Positions 21,645 to 31,060 of a DNA stretch of 64,000 nucleotides are shown here, piece after piece (the first letter of the stretch is position 1; the number at the start of each line of letters is the position of its first letter). The notes under the pieces are model-generated. The model worked only from the letters and a program-made list of their open reading frames with translations, did no database searches and was not told the origin of the DNA. Both the position numbers and the translations under genes were made by a program. The DNA comes from a virus: positions 17,524-81,523 of the IMG/VR virus record IMGVR_UViG_3300032236_001065. One strand, 5' to 3'.

Positions 21645-23348
21645 ATGGCAATAAAAATAAAAGTTGGAAGTACATGGACTTCATTAAAAGGCATGTTTAT
21701 AAAAAAATCAGATAATTTGTGGTATCCAATAAAAAAGGGCTATATATACTTTAATAGTGGATGGAATTTGTTTTTTTCTTCATATAGTGGACCAACTCAG
21801 CTCACCTCTCCAACCTTGTCTGGAACAGGTGCTGCTTTGACAAATTTAACTGGCACTTCAGGAACCTATCAATCTGGCACTTATATTTCAAAGATATCTT
21901 ATGTTGGAGCAATACTACAACAGTATATACCATCTGGCGGAGTTGTTAACGGATTAACAACTTCAAGCCTTGGAGATGCTGGTAATTCTCCATATACAAT
22001 TACACAGTCTGATGCCACAAATCCATCATATTATTTTTATTATGTTGATGCCGTAACTGGAAATGATTCTCAAGTTTATTATTATTATAGTGCTTCTATA
22101 AAAGCATATATACCTACTGTAACTGACAATTTTAATAGATCCGTATCAAGCGGCCTAGGAACAATGTCAAGTGGATTCACATATGGATTAAACAACCTAG
22201 ACTCACACTGGAAGACACAACAAATAAGTGGTAGTAATTATGGAGCAATTGTTTCAGCATTGCCAGCATCTAATGCTACTCCTTCAAATTATCCGCTTGA
22301 AGCAATTGAACTTACAGGTAAAACTGATATTACGGCACAAATTGATATACCGTATCAAGGAACAGGTCCAGGTATTGCTTTTTGGGCCGCAAGCGGTTCA
22401 CAATGGTGGGCAGCATCAACAAGTCAAAGTTCGTCCAGTGGTACGGCTTATACGTGTAGTCCAGGGACATATACATATTATAATTGTGGAACTTCAGGCA
22501 CAACTACAGTAACAGATTGTTTTGGAACAACTTTGCTTTGGAATGGAACTACTCAAACTCAAGCACACAATATTGCATATTCAAATTGTGGAAGCGGGTC
22601 ATGTACCATTACAGATTTAGGTTGTTCACCTGTCACAAACTATGTATGTGATATTTCTAACTCGTATGGATATACGGGATCACAAACTACATATTCTGCA
22701 ACTGCAGCAAACGTAGGCAAGCCATGTGCACTAGATTATTCAGCATATCCAACATTTTATTATTATCGTGTAGCTGCTCAAACAACTACAAATTGTCAAT
22801 CATCTTGTACATATGAAACTTATTCTGCATCAACTTGTAGTGGTAGTGCAAGTTATTCTAATAACACAACTACAGGAACATGTGGATGTAGTTCTGCACA
22901 AACTGGTTCAAATTGTAGTGGATCAACAATAAATACAGATTCTGGCGGGACAGGTTGTGGTTCTTGTGCGGTTGCCACTGGAACGGTAACTACATACTAT
23001 ACTGATATAGTTATATATTCTGCAAGCGGATCTGCAGTCACATTAATGTGTAGTTCACCTTCAGCAAATGGTACTAGCTGCATCTCATCTTCAGGTTCAA
23101 CACACATGTCTTCAAGTAATAATTCATATGCCACAATTGCTCCAGGCAGGATTAAGGTTGTAACATCGGGGAATAGTGTTGTAGTATCTGCATATGATAG
23201 TACTTTGACTAATTCACTAGGCACATTAACATACAATGCAACGTCTCCAACAAAAGCAGATGCTAATGGTTCAAGCTATGCGGGAATCATAATGACACCG
23301 AGTACGACAAACTATGACCTTTGGGCAGATAATCTTTCTATACAGTAG
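21645..23348 (+). CDS. Tail fibre / receptor-binding protein with Cys-rich insert
   Basis: IKIKVGSTW...W...IKKGYIYFNSGW adhesin-type N-terminus; TDNFNR motif; 18 Cys in the central part. Confidence 0.65.
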   Translation: MAIKIKVGSTWTSLKGMFIKKSDNLWYPIKKGYIYFNSGWNLFFSSYSGPTQLTSPTLSGTGAALTNLTGTSGTYQSGTYISKISYVGAILQQYIPSGGVVNGLTTSSLGDAGNSPYTITQSDATNPSYYFYYVDAVTGNDSQVYYYYSASIKAYIPTVTDNFNRSVSSGLGTMSSGFTYGLNNLDSHWKTQQISGSNYGAIVSALPASNATPSNYPLEAIELTGKTDITAQIDIPYQGTGPGIAFWAASGSQWWAASTSQSSSSGTAYTCSPGTYTYYNCGTSGTTTVTDCFGTTLLWNGTTQTQAHNIAYSNCGSGSCTITDLGCSPVTNYVCDISNSYGYTGSQTTYSATAANVGKPCALDYSAYPTFYYYRVAAQTTTNCQSSCTYETYSASTCSGSASYSNNTTTGTCGCSSAQTGSNCSGSTINTDSGGTGCGSCAVATGTVTTYYTDIVIYSASGSAVTLMCSSPSANGTSCISSSGSTHMSSSNNSYATIAPGRIKVVTSGNSVVVSAYDSTLTNSLGTLTYNATSPTKADANGSSYAGIIMTPSTTNYDLWADNLSIQ

Positions 23349-23392
23349 ACAGAAAAAGCCATATGGTGTATAATAAATAAAAAGGAGAATAA

Positions 23393-23632
23393 ATGACCGA
23401 TAATGCTTCACAAAATAATTTAACACCTATCAAGGTTGCTTATATTCTTGATGGAGAAGTTGTTGAACTTTTACATACAGATGAAAGACTTTCTGCAATT
23501 TTTTTAAGTAATCCAATTGTTCTTGATGTTACTAAGCAGTTTAATGACGATCCTTCATCAGTAAGAATTGGCATGTCTTATGACGCAGCCACTGGCACTT
23601 TTTCAGAGCCAGCAACAATTGTGGGAGCTTAA
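23393..23632 (+). CDS. Small protein, possible tail fibre assembly factor
   Basis: VRIGMSYDAATGTFSEP resembles tail-fibre chaperone C-termini; SD AGGAG. Confidence 0.5.
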   Translation: MTDNASQNNLTPIKVAYILDGEVVELLHTDERLSAIFLSNPIVLDVTKQFNDDPSSVRIGMSYDAATGTFSEPATIVGA

Positions 23633-23635
23633 TAA

Positions 23636-23923
23636 ATGTCAGAAAAATCACCGTGGCAAATATGGAAAGAAAAAAATGAAGGTGATTCTGTAAGACCTTG
23701 GGATTTAATTAATCCAAATATTAATAATGTTCCAGAAGACACATTTAATCATAGATTTGAAATATGCAAAAATTGTCCATCTTTAATTAAACTAACAAAT
23801 CAGTGTAAAAAGTGTGGTTGTTTTATGAATGCAAAAGCTAAGCTTCCACATGCTACATGCCCAATTGGAAAGTGGGGAGCTTACCATGAAGTTCCAGATC
23901 TCGTGGAAGAACAGGGGGAATAA
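23636..23923 (+). CDS. Six-Cys metal-binding protein (DUF6171-like)
   Basis: RFEICKNC...QCKKCGCF..AKAKL..ATCPIGKW. Confidence 0.7.
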   Translation: MSEKSPWQIWKEKNEGDSVRPWDLINPNINNVPEDTFNHRFEICKNCPSLIKLTNQCKKCGCFMNAKAKLPHATCPIGKWGAYHEVPDLVEEQGE

Positions 23924-24136
23924 ATGGAATTGACTAAAGAGGAAAAGATAGATATAATTAATCAACATTATAAGGCTTCTGTTGAAAATGCTTTTGATAT
24001 TCAATTAAATTTGATTCAGGAAAAAGCTATAGCAAATCCAAATCAAGATGTAATAGATGCTTTAAATAACAATCTTGAAATAGAAAAAGCTAAACAACAA
24101 GCATTAAATGCACAAATAGATTTGCTTAATCAATAA
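23924..24136 (+). CDS. Hypothetical coiled-coil protein
   Basis: ORF in operon context, heptad pattern. Confidence 0.65.
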   Translation: MELTKEEKIDIINQHYKASVENAFDIQLNLIQEKAIANPNQDVIDALNNNLEIEKAKQQALNAQIDLLNQ

Positions 24137-24150
24137 AAAAGGATGTAAAA

Positions 24151-24339
24151 ATGGATAAGGCAGAATTAATCATTACTGCTCTAAAACAACGTATTGGTCA
24201 AATGGCAGCAGATCATGCTATTGAGGTTGCACTTTTGAGATCAGAATTGACGGAGCTAACAGATGCTATTACTGAATATAAGGAAAAAGAAAAGGCTCGT
24301 GATGAATATTCTAAAGGTATTTCAGAAATCGCCAAGTAA
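24151..24339 (+). CDS. Hypothetical coiled-coil protein
   Basis: SD AAGGA; operon context. Confidence 0.65.
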   Translation: MDKAELIITALKQRIGQMAADHAIEVALLRSELTELTDAITEYKEKEKARDEYSKGISEIAK

Positions 24340-24691
24340 AAATTACAGCCCTTCGGTTCCAAGCGGTCTAATTGCCCAAACTGAAAAAGGTTATTTTTAT
24401 ATAAAAGGGTCAAAGAAATTTAAATTTGTATCTGATAGAGCTATGTTGTCATGGACATTGCCAGTTATAAAAACAACAGATGACAAGATTTCAGGTATCC
24501 CTACAAGCGGCTTGCTGGGCTTTAGAGACGGTACTTTGGTCAAGAACATAGCAGATGGTAAAATATATCTTATAAGCGATTCAAAACGCCGTCACATAAC
24601 TGATCCAGATGTGCTAGAATGGCTTGATACAGAGATTGTACGGGCGGGAGAGAAAGAAATTTCTATCCATCCAGAAGGAGATAAACTATGA
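24302..24691 (+). CDS. Hypothetical protein with two internal beta repeats
   Basis: GLIAQTEKGYFYIKGSKKFKF / GTLVKNIADGKIYLISDSKRRHI. Confidence 0.65.
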   Translation: MNILKVFQKSPSKNYSPSVPSGLIAQTEKGYFYIKGSKKFKFVSDRAMLSWTLPVIKTTDDKISGIPTSGLLGFRDGTLVKNIADGKIYLISDSKRRHITDPDVLEWLDTEIVRAGEKEISIHPEGDKL

Positions 24692-25104
24692 CAAGCTTAG
24701 TATTACCTACAGATAATGCGGTTATTGACTATAGCCTTATTTCTCAAATGATGACTGCAATCAATAATCTTCAAACACAGGTTAACAAGCTTACGCCTCC
24801 ACAGACTGTTGATACAAATTCTAAGACCCCTGTCACCCCGAGACTTGCATACAAGGTTATTACAATTGGAGATGCAGGTTTTCCTGCAGGATCTAATATC
24901 ACTGTTAATGCAACTGACCTAGGCCTTACAACAATTCTTTCAATCACTGGAACTCCATATACAGCGGGCGGTACACAGAGATACTGTTGGCTATCATCAT
25001 TTAATGGATCAAAAGCAGTATTTACTTTGAATGCAGCAACAACTGCAGCAAGTGGTAGCAATTCAATTAAATTTCAACTATATGTAATAGCAGTAGGGTA
25101 TTAA
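24688..25104 (+). CDS. Small tail-associated protein (coiled coil plus beta C-terminal domain)
   Basis: ISQMMTAINNLQTQVNKL then domain ending LYVIAVGY, typical of fibre tip domains. Confidence 0.55.
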   Translation: MTSLVLPTDNAVIDYSLISQMMTAINNLQTQVNKLTPPQTVDTNSKTPVTPRLAYKVITIGDAGFPAGSNITVNATDLGLTTILSITGTPYTAGGTQRYCWLSSFNGSKAVFTLNAATTAASGSNSIKFQLYVIAVGY

Positions 25105-25364
25105 TGTACAACCCTATCCAAGCTTGGCATAGGAGAGAAAAAAAGATTAGTAAAGAAGGGTATGTTTTGGTAAAAGTGCCAGAGCATCCAAAAAACTTCA
25201 AAGGCTGGTATTATGAGCATAGACTCATAATAGAAAAACAATTAAATAGACTTATTAATGATTGGGAAACCATTCATCATATAAATGAAGATAAAACTGA
25301 TAATAGATTAGTTAATCTTTTTTTATGTTCAAGATTAGAGCATAATAAAGCTCATGTAGCTTGA
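25104..25364 (+). CDS. HNH endonuclease
   Basis: YEHRLIIE...IHHINEDKTDNRLVNL...EHNKAH. Confidence 0.85.
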   Translation: MYNPIQAWHRREKKISKEGYVLVKVPEHPKNFKGWYYEHRLIIEKQLNRLINDWETIHHINEDKTDNRLVNLFLCSRLEHNKAHVA

Positions 25365-25390
25365 CAAAAAACAATATCTAACGGTACAAT
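25361..25390 (+). promoter_or_regulatory. Sigma70-type promoter TTGACA-N18-TACAAT
   Basis: Hexamers at 25361-66 and 25385-90. Confidence 0.75.
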
Positions 25391-25415
25391 TAACTAAACC
25401 TAGACAAAGGATTAT

Positions 25416-26171
25416 ATGGCTAACGACTTAAAATGGATGATGGTGTCAGATGTACACTTTCCCCGCCACGATGAACGCAAGGTAGAATTATTTTTAAAAG
25501 TTATGAAATGGTGGAAGCCAGATGCAGTTGATCTGCTTGGTGACATTGATGATGCTGATTCAACAAGCCGCTGGGCTGATGGATTACCCGATGAGGGCGT
25601 TTCAATTATGGACGGCGGAGTTACAGGAACCCGTCAGTTCCTAGCAGACATTAGAGCAATTGTTCCAGATGCAGAATGTCATTTCCATGATGGTAATCAT
25701 GGCTGGACAAGACATGGAGACTATATTGCAAAGAAAGCTCCAACACTACTAGATTTCGTTACACCAGATTCACTCTATGAATATAATAAGCATGGCTTTA
25801 ACTGGCATCATTATAATGAACCGCCAGTCAAGCGTTTTGGTGATATGTATGGTCATCATGGCGAGTCCATTTCCAAGCACTCTGGAGAATCTGTTCGTAA
25901 CGATGTCAACAACTGGGGTATCTCTCTAGTTCGTGGACATTCTCACCGCATGGGTGCTTATTATCAGACATACAATCTAAGTGGTCAAGAACTACGAGGA
26001 TATGAAATCGGACACCTATGTGATGAAGAAAAAATGGATTATTCAATCCAAAAGAATTGGCAGGCAGGATTTGCAGTGGCACATGTTGTCAATGATTATC
26101 CACATATGCAGCTAATACAAATTACACGAGATTATACTTGTGTAGTAGACGGTAAAATTTTTACCGCTTAA
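25416..26171 (+). CDS. Calcineurin-like metallophosphoesterase
   Basis: SDVH, GDIDD, GNH, HHGE, GHSH motifs. Confidence 0.9.
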   Translation: MANDLKWMMVSDVHFPRHDERKVELFLKVMKWWKPDAVDLLGDIDDADSTSRWADGLPDEGVSIMDGGVTGTRQFLADIRAIVPDAECHFHDGNHGWTRHGDYIAKKAPTLLDFVTPDSLYEYNKHGFNWHHYNEPPVKRFGDMYGHHGESISKHSGESVRNDVNNWGISLVRGHSHRMGAYYQTYNLSGQELRGYEIGHLCDEEKMDYSIQKNWQAGFAVAHVVNDYPHMQLIQITRDYTCVVDGKIFTA

Positions 26172-26187
26172 CCTATAAGGAGAAATA

Positions 26188-26367
26188 ATGAACGCAAAGC
26201 GTAAGGCTCTTGTTGAGCACTATGTATATGCAACTGCTGCAGCAGCAGTGGCAATTTGGCAGGGTGGAAACCACGATGTCAAGAAGGTAGCATGGGCAGC
26301 ACTTGTTGGTGTACTTGGTCCAGTTCTAAAGGCTACTATTGATCACTTCAACGCACCAGCAAAGTAA
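26188..26367 (+). CDS. Small two-TM protein, putative holin (not in ORF track)
   Basis: MNAKRKALVEHYVYATAAAAVAIWQGGNHDVKKVAWAALVGVLGPVLKATIDHFNAPAK; SD AAGGAG. Confidence 0.65.
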   Translation: MNAKRKALVEHYVYATAAAAVAIWQGGNHDVKKVAWAALVGVLGPVLKATIDHFNAPAK

Positions 26368-26389
26368 GTTAGTATAAGAAAACTTAATA

Positions 26390-26575
26390 ATGTTGAATTG
26401 TAAAAAGTGTGCAGGACGAGTATTCGTTGATAGGGTTTATTCCCAGAACCTAAGAGTTGAATTGTTCTGCATACTCTGTGGGAAAAGATGGATGGTCAAA
26501 AGGGAAAATAGGTTCGCTTCATGGGTAGCAAAAAAAGAGGAAGCTCTGCAGCACGGTTACGGTATTTCTATCTAA
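26390..26575 (+). CDS. Zn-ribbon protein
   Basis: CKKC...CILCG. Confidence 0.7.
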   Translation: MLNCKKCAGRVFVDRVYSQNLRVELFCILCGKRWMVKRENRFASWVAKKEEALQHGYGISI

Positions 26576-27036
26576 ACGGTAAGTTGCATAAAGTTCTTCG
26601 TCGTTCACGAGGTGAAGACCTATTGGTTGCTTGGGACTACCAGTTGGGTAAGCGTGTTGCTTACAGCTTGACGGATGTCAATAAAAATAAGCAACATGCC
26701 TATCCTATATCTGAAGTGGTCAAAATTATAGGCAAGCATGAAGACACAATAAAACTACATATTTATAGGGGAAGCCTTAAAGCCCCACAACAAGCTTACT
26801 CTCTTAATGGAAATAAAACTCCAGGCAAGTATTATTGGAGTGAAGATGATATTAGAGAGATGCATGATTTCTTTAAGACAGTTCACAGGGGCAGGCCAAG
26901 AGGCGATGGTAAGATCACTATTGGAGATATGCCAAGTAGAGCAGAGATAGAAGCTATGATGAAACAAGAAAACATTTTATATGTCAAGAATAACGATGGG
27001 GAGTTTGTCCCAGTTTGGAAAGCACCAGAATGGTAA
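26521..27036 (+). CDS. MerR-like HTH DNA-binding protein
   Basis: YPISEVVKIIGKHEDTIKLHIYRG...YYWSEDDI. Confidence 0.7.
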   Translation: MGSKKRGSSAARLRYFYLNGKLHKVLRRSRGEDLLVAWDYQLGKRVAYSLTDVNKNKQHAYPISEVVKIIGKHEDTIKLHIYRGSLKAPQQAYSLNGNKTPGKYYWSEDDIREMHDFFKTVHRGRPRGDGKITIGDMPSRAEIEAMMKQENILYVKNNDGEFVPVWKAPEW

Positions 27037-27263
27037 ATAAGTCTGACAAAGATGCCAAGCATGTCTTGCATCAAGCACTTCGTGTGTTAGAATTCACAAT
27101 GGAATTAGCACAAGAGAAGGGCGATATTGATGCTATGATAGGTATCTCAGATCGCTTGATGATGTTATATCAACATTTATCAGAAGGTAGTGTTAAAAAG
27201 TTTAAGCCAGGATTTGCATTTGCAGCAGATAAGGAAGAAAAGGTAGAACATGAATCAGACTAA
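27030..27263 (+). CDS. Hypothetical protein
   Basis: Operon-coupled ORF. Confidence 0.6.
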   Translation: MVNKSDKDAKHVLHQALRVLEFTMELAQEKGDIDAMIGISDRLMMLYQHLSEGSVKKFKPGFAFAADKEEKVEHESD

Positions 27264-27465
27264 CGTTAAGGTTGAACTTCAGTTTACCCGTAACTTGGGT
27301 AATTATGAAAGCCTAAAGATCGGTATTGGTATTGAAGATTTTCAGAGAGATGGCGAGAATATTGACGAAGCCACCAATAGGGTGTATACTTTCGTTGAGA
27401 AGAAGTTGATGGAGAAAGTCAACGAAGTTGAACAAGAGCTGAATTCTAACAAAGGTAAAAAATGA
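27250..27465 (+). CDS. Conserved phage hypothetical protein
   Basis: FTRNLGNYESLKI motif seen in many phage replication modules. Confidence 0.7.
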   Translation: MNQTNVKVELQFTRNLGNYESLKIGIGIEDFQRDGENIDEATNRVYTFVEKKLMEKVNEVEQELNSNKGKK

Positions 27466-27794
27466 CAAAAGATGAAGCAAAGCTGGCATACGGCTTAGTT
27501 TCACTTTACTGTGCTTTATACAAAGAGCATTACAAGAAGCCCGCCGTTGTAAACAAGTACAGAGAAAAGTGGGCTATGCAAGATGTTATTGATAGCGTTG
27601 GATACGAGAGAGCCAGAATACTCCTAGAGTATTATTTTAAGATTACAAAGAGTGGACACCCGCTTACTTGGTTCTTTTATAACTTTGAAAAGCTTGACCT
27701 TACATTACAACAAATTGAAGAAGATAAAACTCGTCGTGAGCTAATAAGAGCTAAGACAAAATATATGGTTGAAGAAAGAGATAATGAACACTGA
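27462..27794 (+). CDS. Hypothetical protein, possible helicase loader
   Basis: Overlaps the dnaB start; function inferred from position only. Confidence 0.55.
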   Translation: MTKDEAKLAYGLVSLYCALYKEHYKKPAVVNKYREKWAMQDVIDSVGYERARILLEYYFKITKSGHPLTWFFYNFEKLDLTLQQIEEDKTRRELIRAKTKYMVEERDNEH

Positions 27795-29010
27795 ATCAGC
27801 AGTTATAACAGCGGTTTGTCACAATAAAGATATTGCTACAGTCCTTGCTGAGAACATTGATGAAGTATTTACTTCGCACAGAGATGTATGGGAAGGTCTT
27901 AAGTCTTACTATTTAAAGTTTAAAGCAGTACCAGATGTATCAGTGCTTACAGATAAGTTTAAAGATTTTGAGCCAGTAAAGGTCAAGGGCGAGACAGCCT
28001 ACTATCTTGACCAATTGAAGAATGAATACTTGGCGGGAAGAGTAAGAAATCTTCTGCTATCTTCTGGGGCAAGTTTAAAGACAGAGGCATCATCAAGAGT
28101 TATCTTAGAGATGCAAAAAGAATTAAATACACTTGGAAAGCTTACTGCAAATGTCCGAGATGTTGACCTTACAGATTTTAAATTGGCAGAGCAGCACTTT
28201 GAGTCTGTGAAAAACCGTTCTGATGCAATGGGCGGTAGTCCAGGAATCATGACTGGCTTTAAGGCTATTGACTATGCATATCCCACAGGAATGGCTCCAG
28301 GACACCTTATCGTCATGATTGGTTGGCCAGGTAGGGGTAAGACTTGGTTCTCCTCTTATTTGGCTTGTAAGGCTTGGGAACAGGGCTTTAAGCCCATGAT
28401 TATATCCCTTGAGATGACACCAGAGAATATGCGTGACCGTATCTATACTATGATGGGGTCGGGACTGTTCAAGGCTTCAGACTTCTCTAGAGGTAATATT
28501 GATATAGATCAATTTGATGAATGGGGTACAAAGAAATTTGCCAATAAGAACCAATTCATTCTTGTATCAAATGAAGGTACAGGTCAAGTTACACCGAATA
28601 CGGTGCAAGCTAAAATTGACCAGCATAAGCCCGATATTGTAATTCTTGATTATCACCAATTGTTTAATGATTCATCTGGAGCAAAGTCAGAAGTTGAAAG
28701 AAATAGAAATATTTCTCGTGACTTTAAATTGTTGGCAGTTCGCAATAATATTCCTATCATTGATATTACTGCTGCAACTATGGATGATGTTTCAGACCAA
28801 GATGCCCCGCCACTACTTTCACAAGTAGCTTGGTCAAAGGCTATTGAATATGATGCTGATATGGCTATCGCCGTACACAAGCAACCTGATTCAAATGTTA
28901 TGGAAATTGTAAGCCGTAAGAATCGCCACGGTACTGAGTTCGGATTCTATTTGGACTGGGACTTGAACCGAGGAATCATTACGGAGTTGTACGATAAGGG
29001 TATAGCATAA
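27784..29010 (+). CDS. dnaB: DnaB-like replicative helicase
   Basis: GWPGRGKT Walker A, ISLEM, ILDYHQL, IEYDAD, KNRHG. Confidence 0.95.
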   Translation: MNTESAVITAVCHNKDIATVLAENIDEVFTSHRDVWEGLKSYYLKFKAVPDVSVLTDKFKDFEPVKVKGETAYYLDQLKNEYLAGRVRNLLLSSGASLKTEASSRVILEMQKELNTLGKLTANVRDVDLTDFKLAEQHFESVKNRSDAMGGSPGIMTGFKAIDYAYPTGMAPGHLIVMIGWPGRGKTWFSSYLACKAWEQGFKPMIISLEMTPENMRDRIYTMMGSGLFKASDFSRGNIDIDQFDEWGTKKFANKNQFILVSNEGTGQVTPNTVQAKIDQHKPDIVILDYHQLFNDSSGAKSEVERNRNISRDFKLLAVRNNIPIIDITAATMDDVSDQDAPPLLSQVAWSKAIEYDADMAIAVHKQPDSNVMEIVSRKNRHGTEFGFYLDWDLNRGIITELYDKGIA

Positions 29011-29062
29011 TTTATGTAATCAAAGTCTAACTTGATATAATTATCAAGAAAGATTGGTGATC

Positions 29063-29347
29063 ATGTACCCAAGAAAAATACATGACTTCTGGATGAATGG
29101 AATTATCAAAGATGATTCTATCTTTCAGAGCTCAAGGGAGAACTATGAAAGACTTTTGGTCCAGCAGATGCGAGACAAAGGTTACGTTCCTGTCCTTGAC
29201 ATGCAACCCCAGTTTAATGTAAAATATAACGAGAGCAAGGATCACTACTCTTTCAATCTTGTAATGTACGGCATTTACATTGGTAAAGCTAAGGCATTAA
29301 AGTATGAAGGGTTCTCTGGTCAGAGTTTAATACCTAAAGGAAAATAA
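29063..29347 (+). CDS. Hypothetical protein
   Basis: ORF between helicase and primase; GGTGATC SD-like before ATG. Confidence 0.65.
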   Translation: MYPRKIHDFWMNGIIKDDSIFQSSRENYERLLVQQMRDKGYVPVLDMQPQFNVKYNESKDHYSFNLVMYGIYIGKAKALKYEGFSGQSLIPKGK

Positions 29348-30307
29348 ATGTCAGATGCATATACTAAAGCGGACCTCCGCTCTATTTTGCAATCTTGTGG
29401 CATTGAAATAATTTCAGAGACAGGCACAGACTTTCTGTGCCTTTGTCCATTCCACCACAATACAGATTCTCCAGCGTTTGCGGTCAGCTACTCTAAAGGT
29501 TTGTACATTTGTTACAATCAGAACTGCAACTCGGCGGGAACTGTGCTGGAACTTGTTAAAATATTAACTAACCGCAATGACTATGAAGCAATGAGATTCA
29601 TATCGTCAAACAAACTTTCTGATGCTGAGATATTTGAAGAAAGCCTTAAAGAGGCATTAGATGATAAGCCAGATTTTGTGGAGTTCCCACAACCTACGCT
29701 AGATAAACTTTATGAAGATATTGTAAATACACCAAAGGCAATAGATTATTTTAGAACTCGCAAGATTTTAACAGAAGCAGTTGATTACTTTAAGCTTGGC
29801 TATTCAGAAAAGCAGAGCATGGTTACAGTTCCTTTGCACAGCCCAGAAGGTTTGCCAGTTGGCGTTATTGGAAGATCAATTGAAGGCAAAGCATTTAAGA
29901 ACAGTCCAAACCTGCCACGCAATAAAACAATGTTTAACCTGCACAGAGCAAAGCGTGAGGGTGGAACAATTATAGTCGTAGAGTCTAGCTTTGATGCTAT
30001 ACGCTTATGGCAGGCGGGATATCCAAATGCAGTAGCCACTTTGGGTGGTAGTATTTCAGACACTAATATTCAACACTTAAATAAGTATGCATCTACAGTT
30101 ATTATTATGACAGATAATGACAGTGCTGGGCGGGCATTAGGAAATACAATCGCTAATAAACTAAAGAATAAAAATGTATTATGGGCTAAATATAACCATG
30201 ATTGTGTATATCCCCACATGGCAAAAGATGTGGGCGATCTCACAGATGAAGAAATAAAACAGTGTGTAAAGAATGCAATTCCGCATTTTGAATACGCTGT
30301 AATGTGA
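29348..30307 (+). CDS. dnaG: DNA primase (CHC2 Zn finger plus TOPRIM)
   Basis: CPFHH...CYNQNC; VVESSFDAI; DNDSAG. Confidence 0.93.
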   Translation: MSDAYTKADLRSILQSCGIEIISETGTDFLCLCPFHHNTDSPAFAVSYSKGLYICYNQNCNSAGTVLELVKILTNRNDYEAMRFISSNKLSDAEIFEESLKEALDDKPDFVEFPQPTLDKLYEDIVNTPKAIDYFRTRKILTEAVDYFKLGYSEKQSMVTVPLHSPEGLPVGVIGRSIEGKAFKNSPNLPRNKTMFNLHRAKREGGTIIVVESSFDAIRLWQAGYPNAVATLGGSISDTNIQHLNKYASTVIIMTDNDSAGRALGNTIANKLKNKNVLWAKYNHDCVYPHMAKDVGDLTDEEIKQCVKNAIPHFEYAVM

Positions 30308-30358
30308 TATACTAGAGGAACAGGGCATTAAACAGCCCTTATACTAAGGAGAAATAAT

Positions 30359-31036
30359 ATGGGTATCGTAACAGGTCTAAAGGCTATGAATGAACAAATG
30401 GAACAAAAGTCTCATTCTGGCGACACACAAAAAGGAAGATGGCTACAACTTAAAGATGGCCAATCACTAAAAATCCGCTTCATGCAAGAAATTGATCCAG
30501 ACTCAAAGAATTATATTGAGAAGGCTGGTCTTGCTTTCATTGCAGTAGAGCACACTAACCCAAAGGATTACAAGCGTAAGGCTCTTTGTACAATTGAAGA
30601 CCAAGGTCGCTGCTATGGTTGCGAAATGCACCGCCGTGATCCAAAGGCTGGTTGGAAGGGTCGTTCACGTTTCTATGCAAACGTGCTTGTTGATGATGGT
30701 TCAGAAGAGCCATATGTCGCAATCTTTTCACAAGGTGCAGGTCCAAAGTCTGCAACACCTGAAATCATTAACTATGCAGGAGAGACTGGAAGTATTTCCA
30801 ATCTTACTTGGAAGCTAAAGCGTACAGGTACTGCTACTGACACAAACTATTCAATCATTCCTTTGCCTACAGCAGATGTAGCAGCAATTGATTTTGATAA
30901 GTATGAATTGTTTGACCTTCAAAAGACTGCAGTTCGTGATGTTCAGTATGATGAGCAAGAAGCATTCTATCTCGGAATTACTTCTGATTCATCAGAGGAA
31001 TCATTGCAATCAACTTCATCCGCCGTTGAGTGGTAA
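30359..31036 (+). CDS. gp32-type single-stranded DNA-binding protein
   Basis: LKDGQSLKIRF, C..C..C, WKLKRTG..TDTNY, acidic tail ending W. Confidence 0.75.
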   Translation: MGIVTGLKAMNEQMEQKSHSGDTQKGRWLQLKDGQSLKIRFMQEIDPDSKNYIEKAGLAFIAVEHTNPKDYKRKALCTIEDQGRCYGCEMHRRDPKAGWKGRSRFYANVLVDDGSEEPYVAIFSQGAGPKSATPEIINYAGETGSISNLTWKLKRTGTATDTNYSIIPLPTADVAAIDFDKYELFDLQKTAVRDVQYDEQEAFYLGITSDSSEESLQSTSSAVEW

Positions 31037-31060
31037 TTAATAACTAACAGAAAGCTAAAC

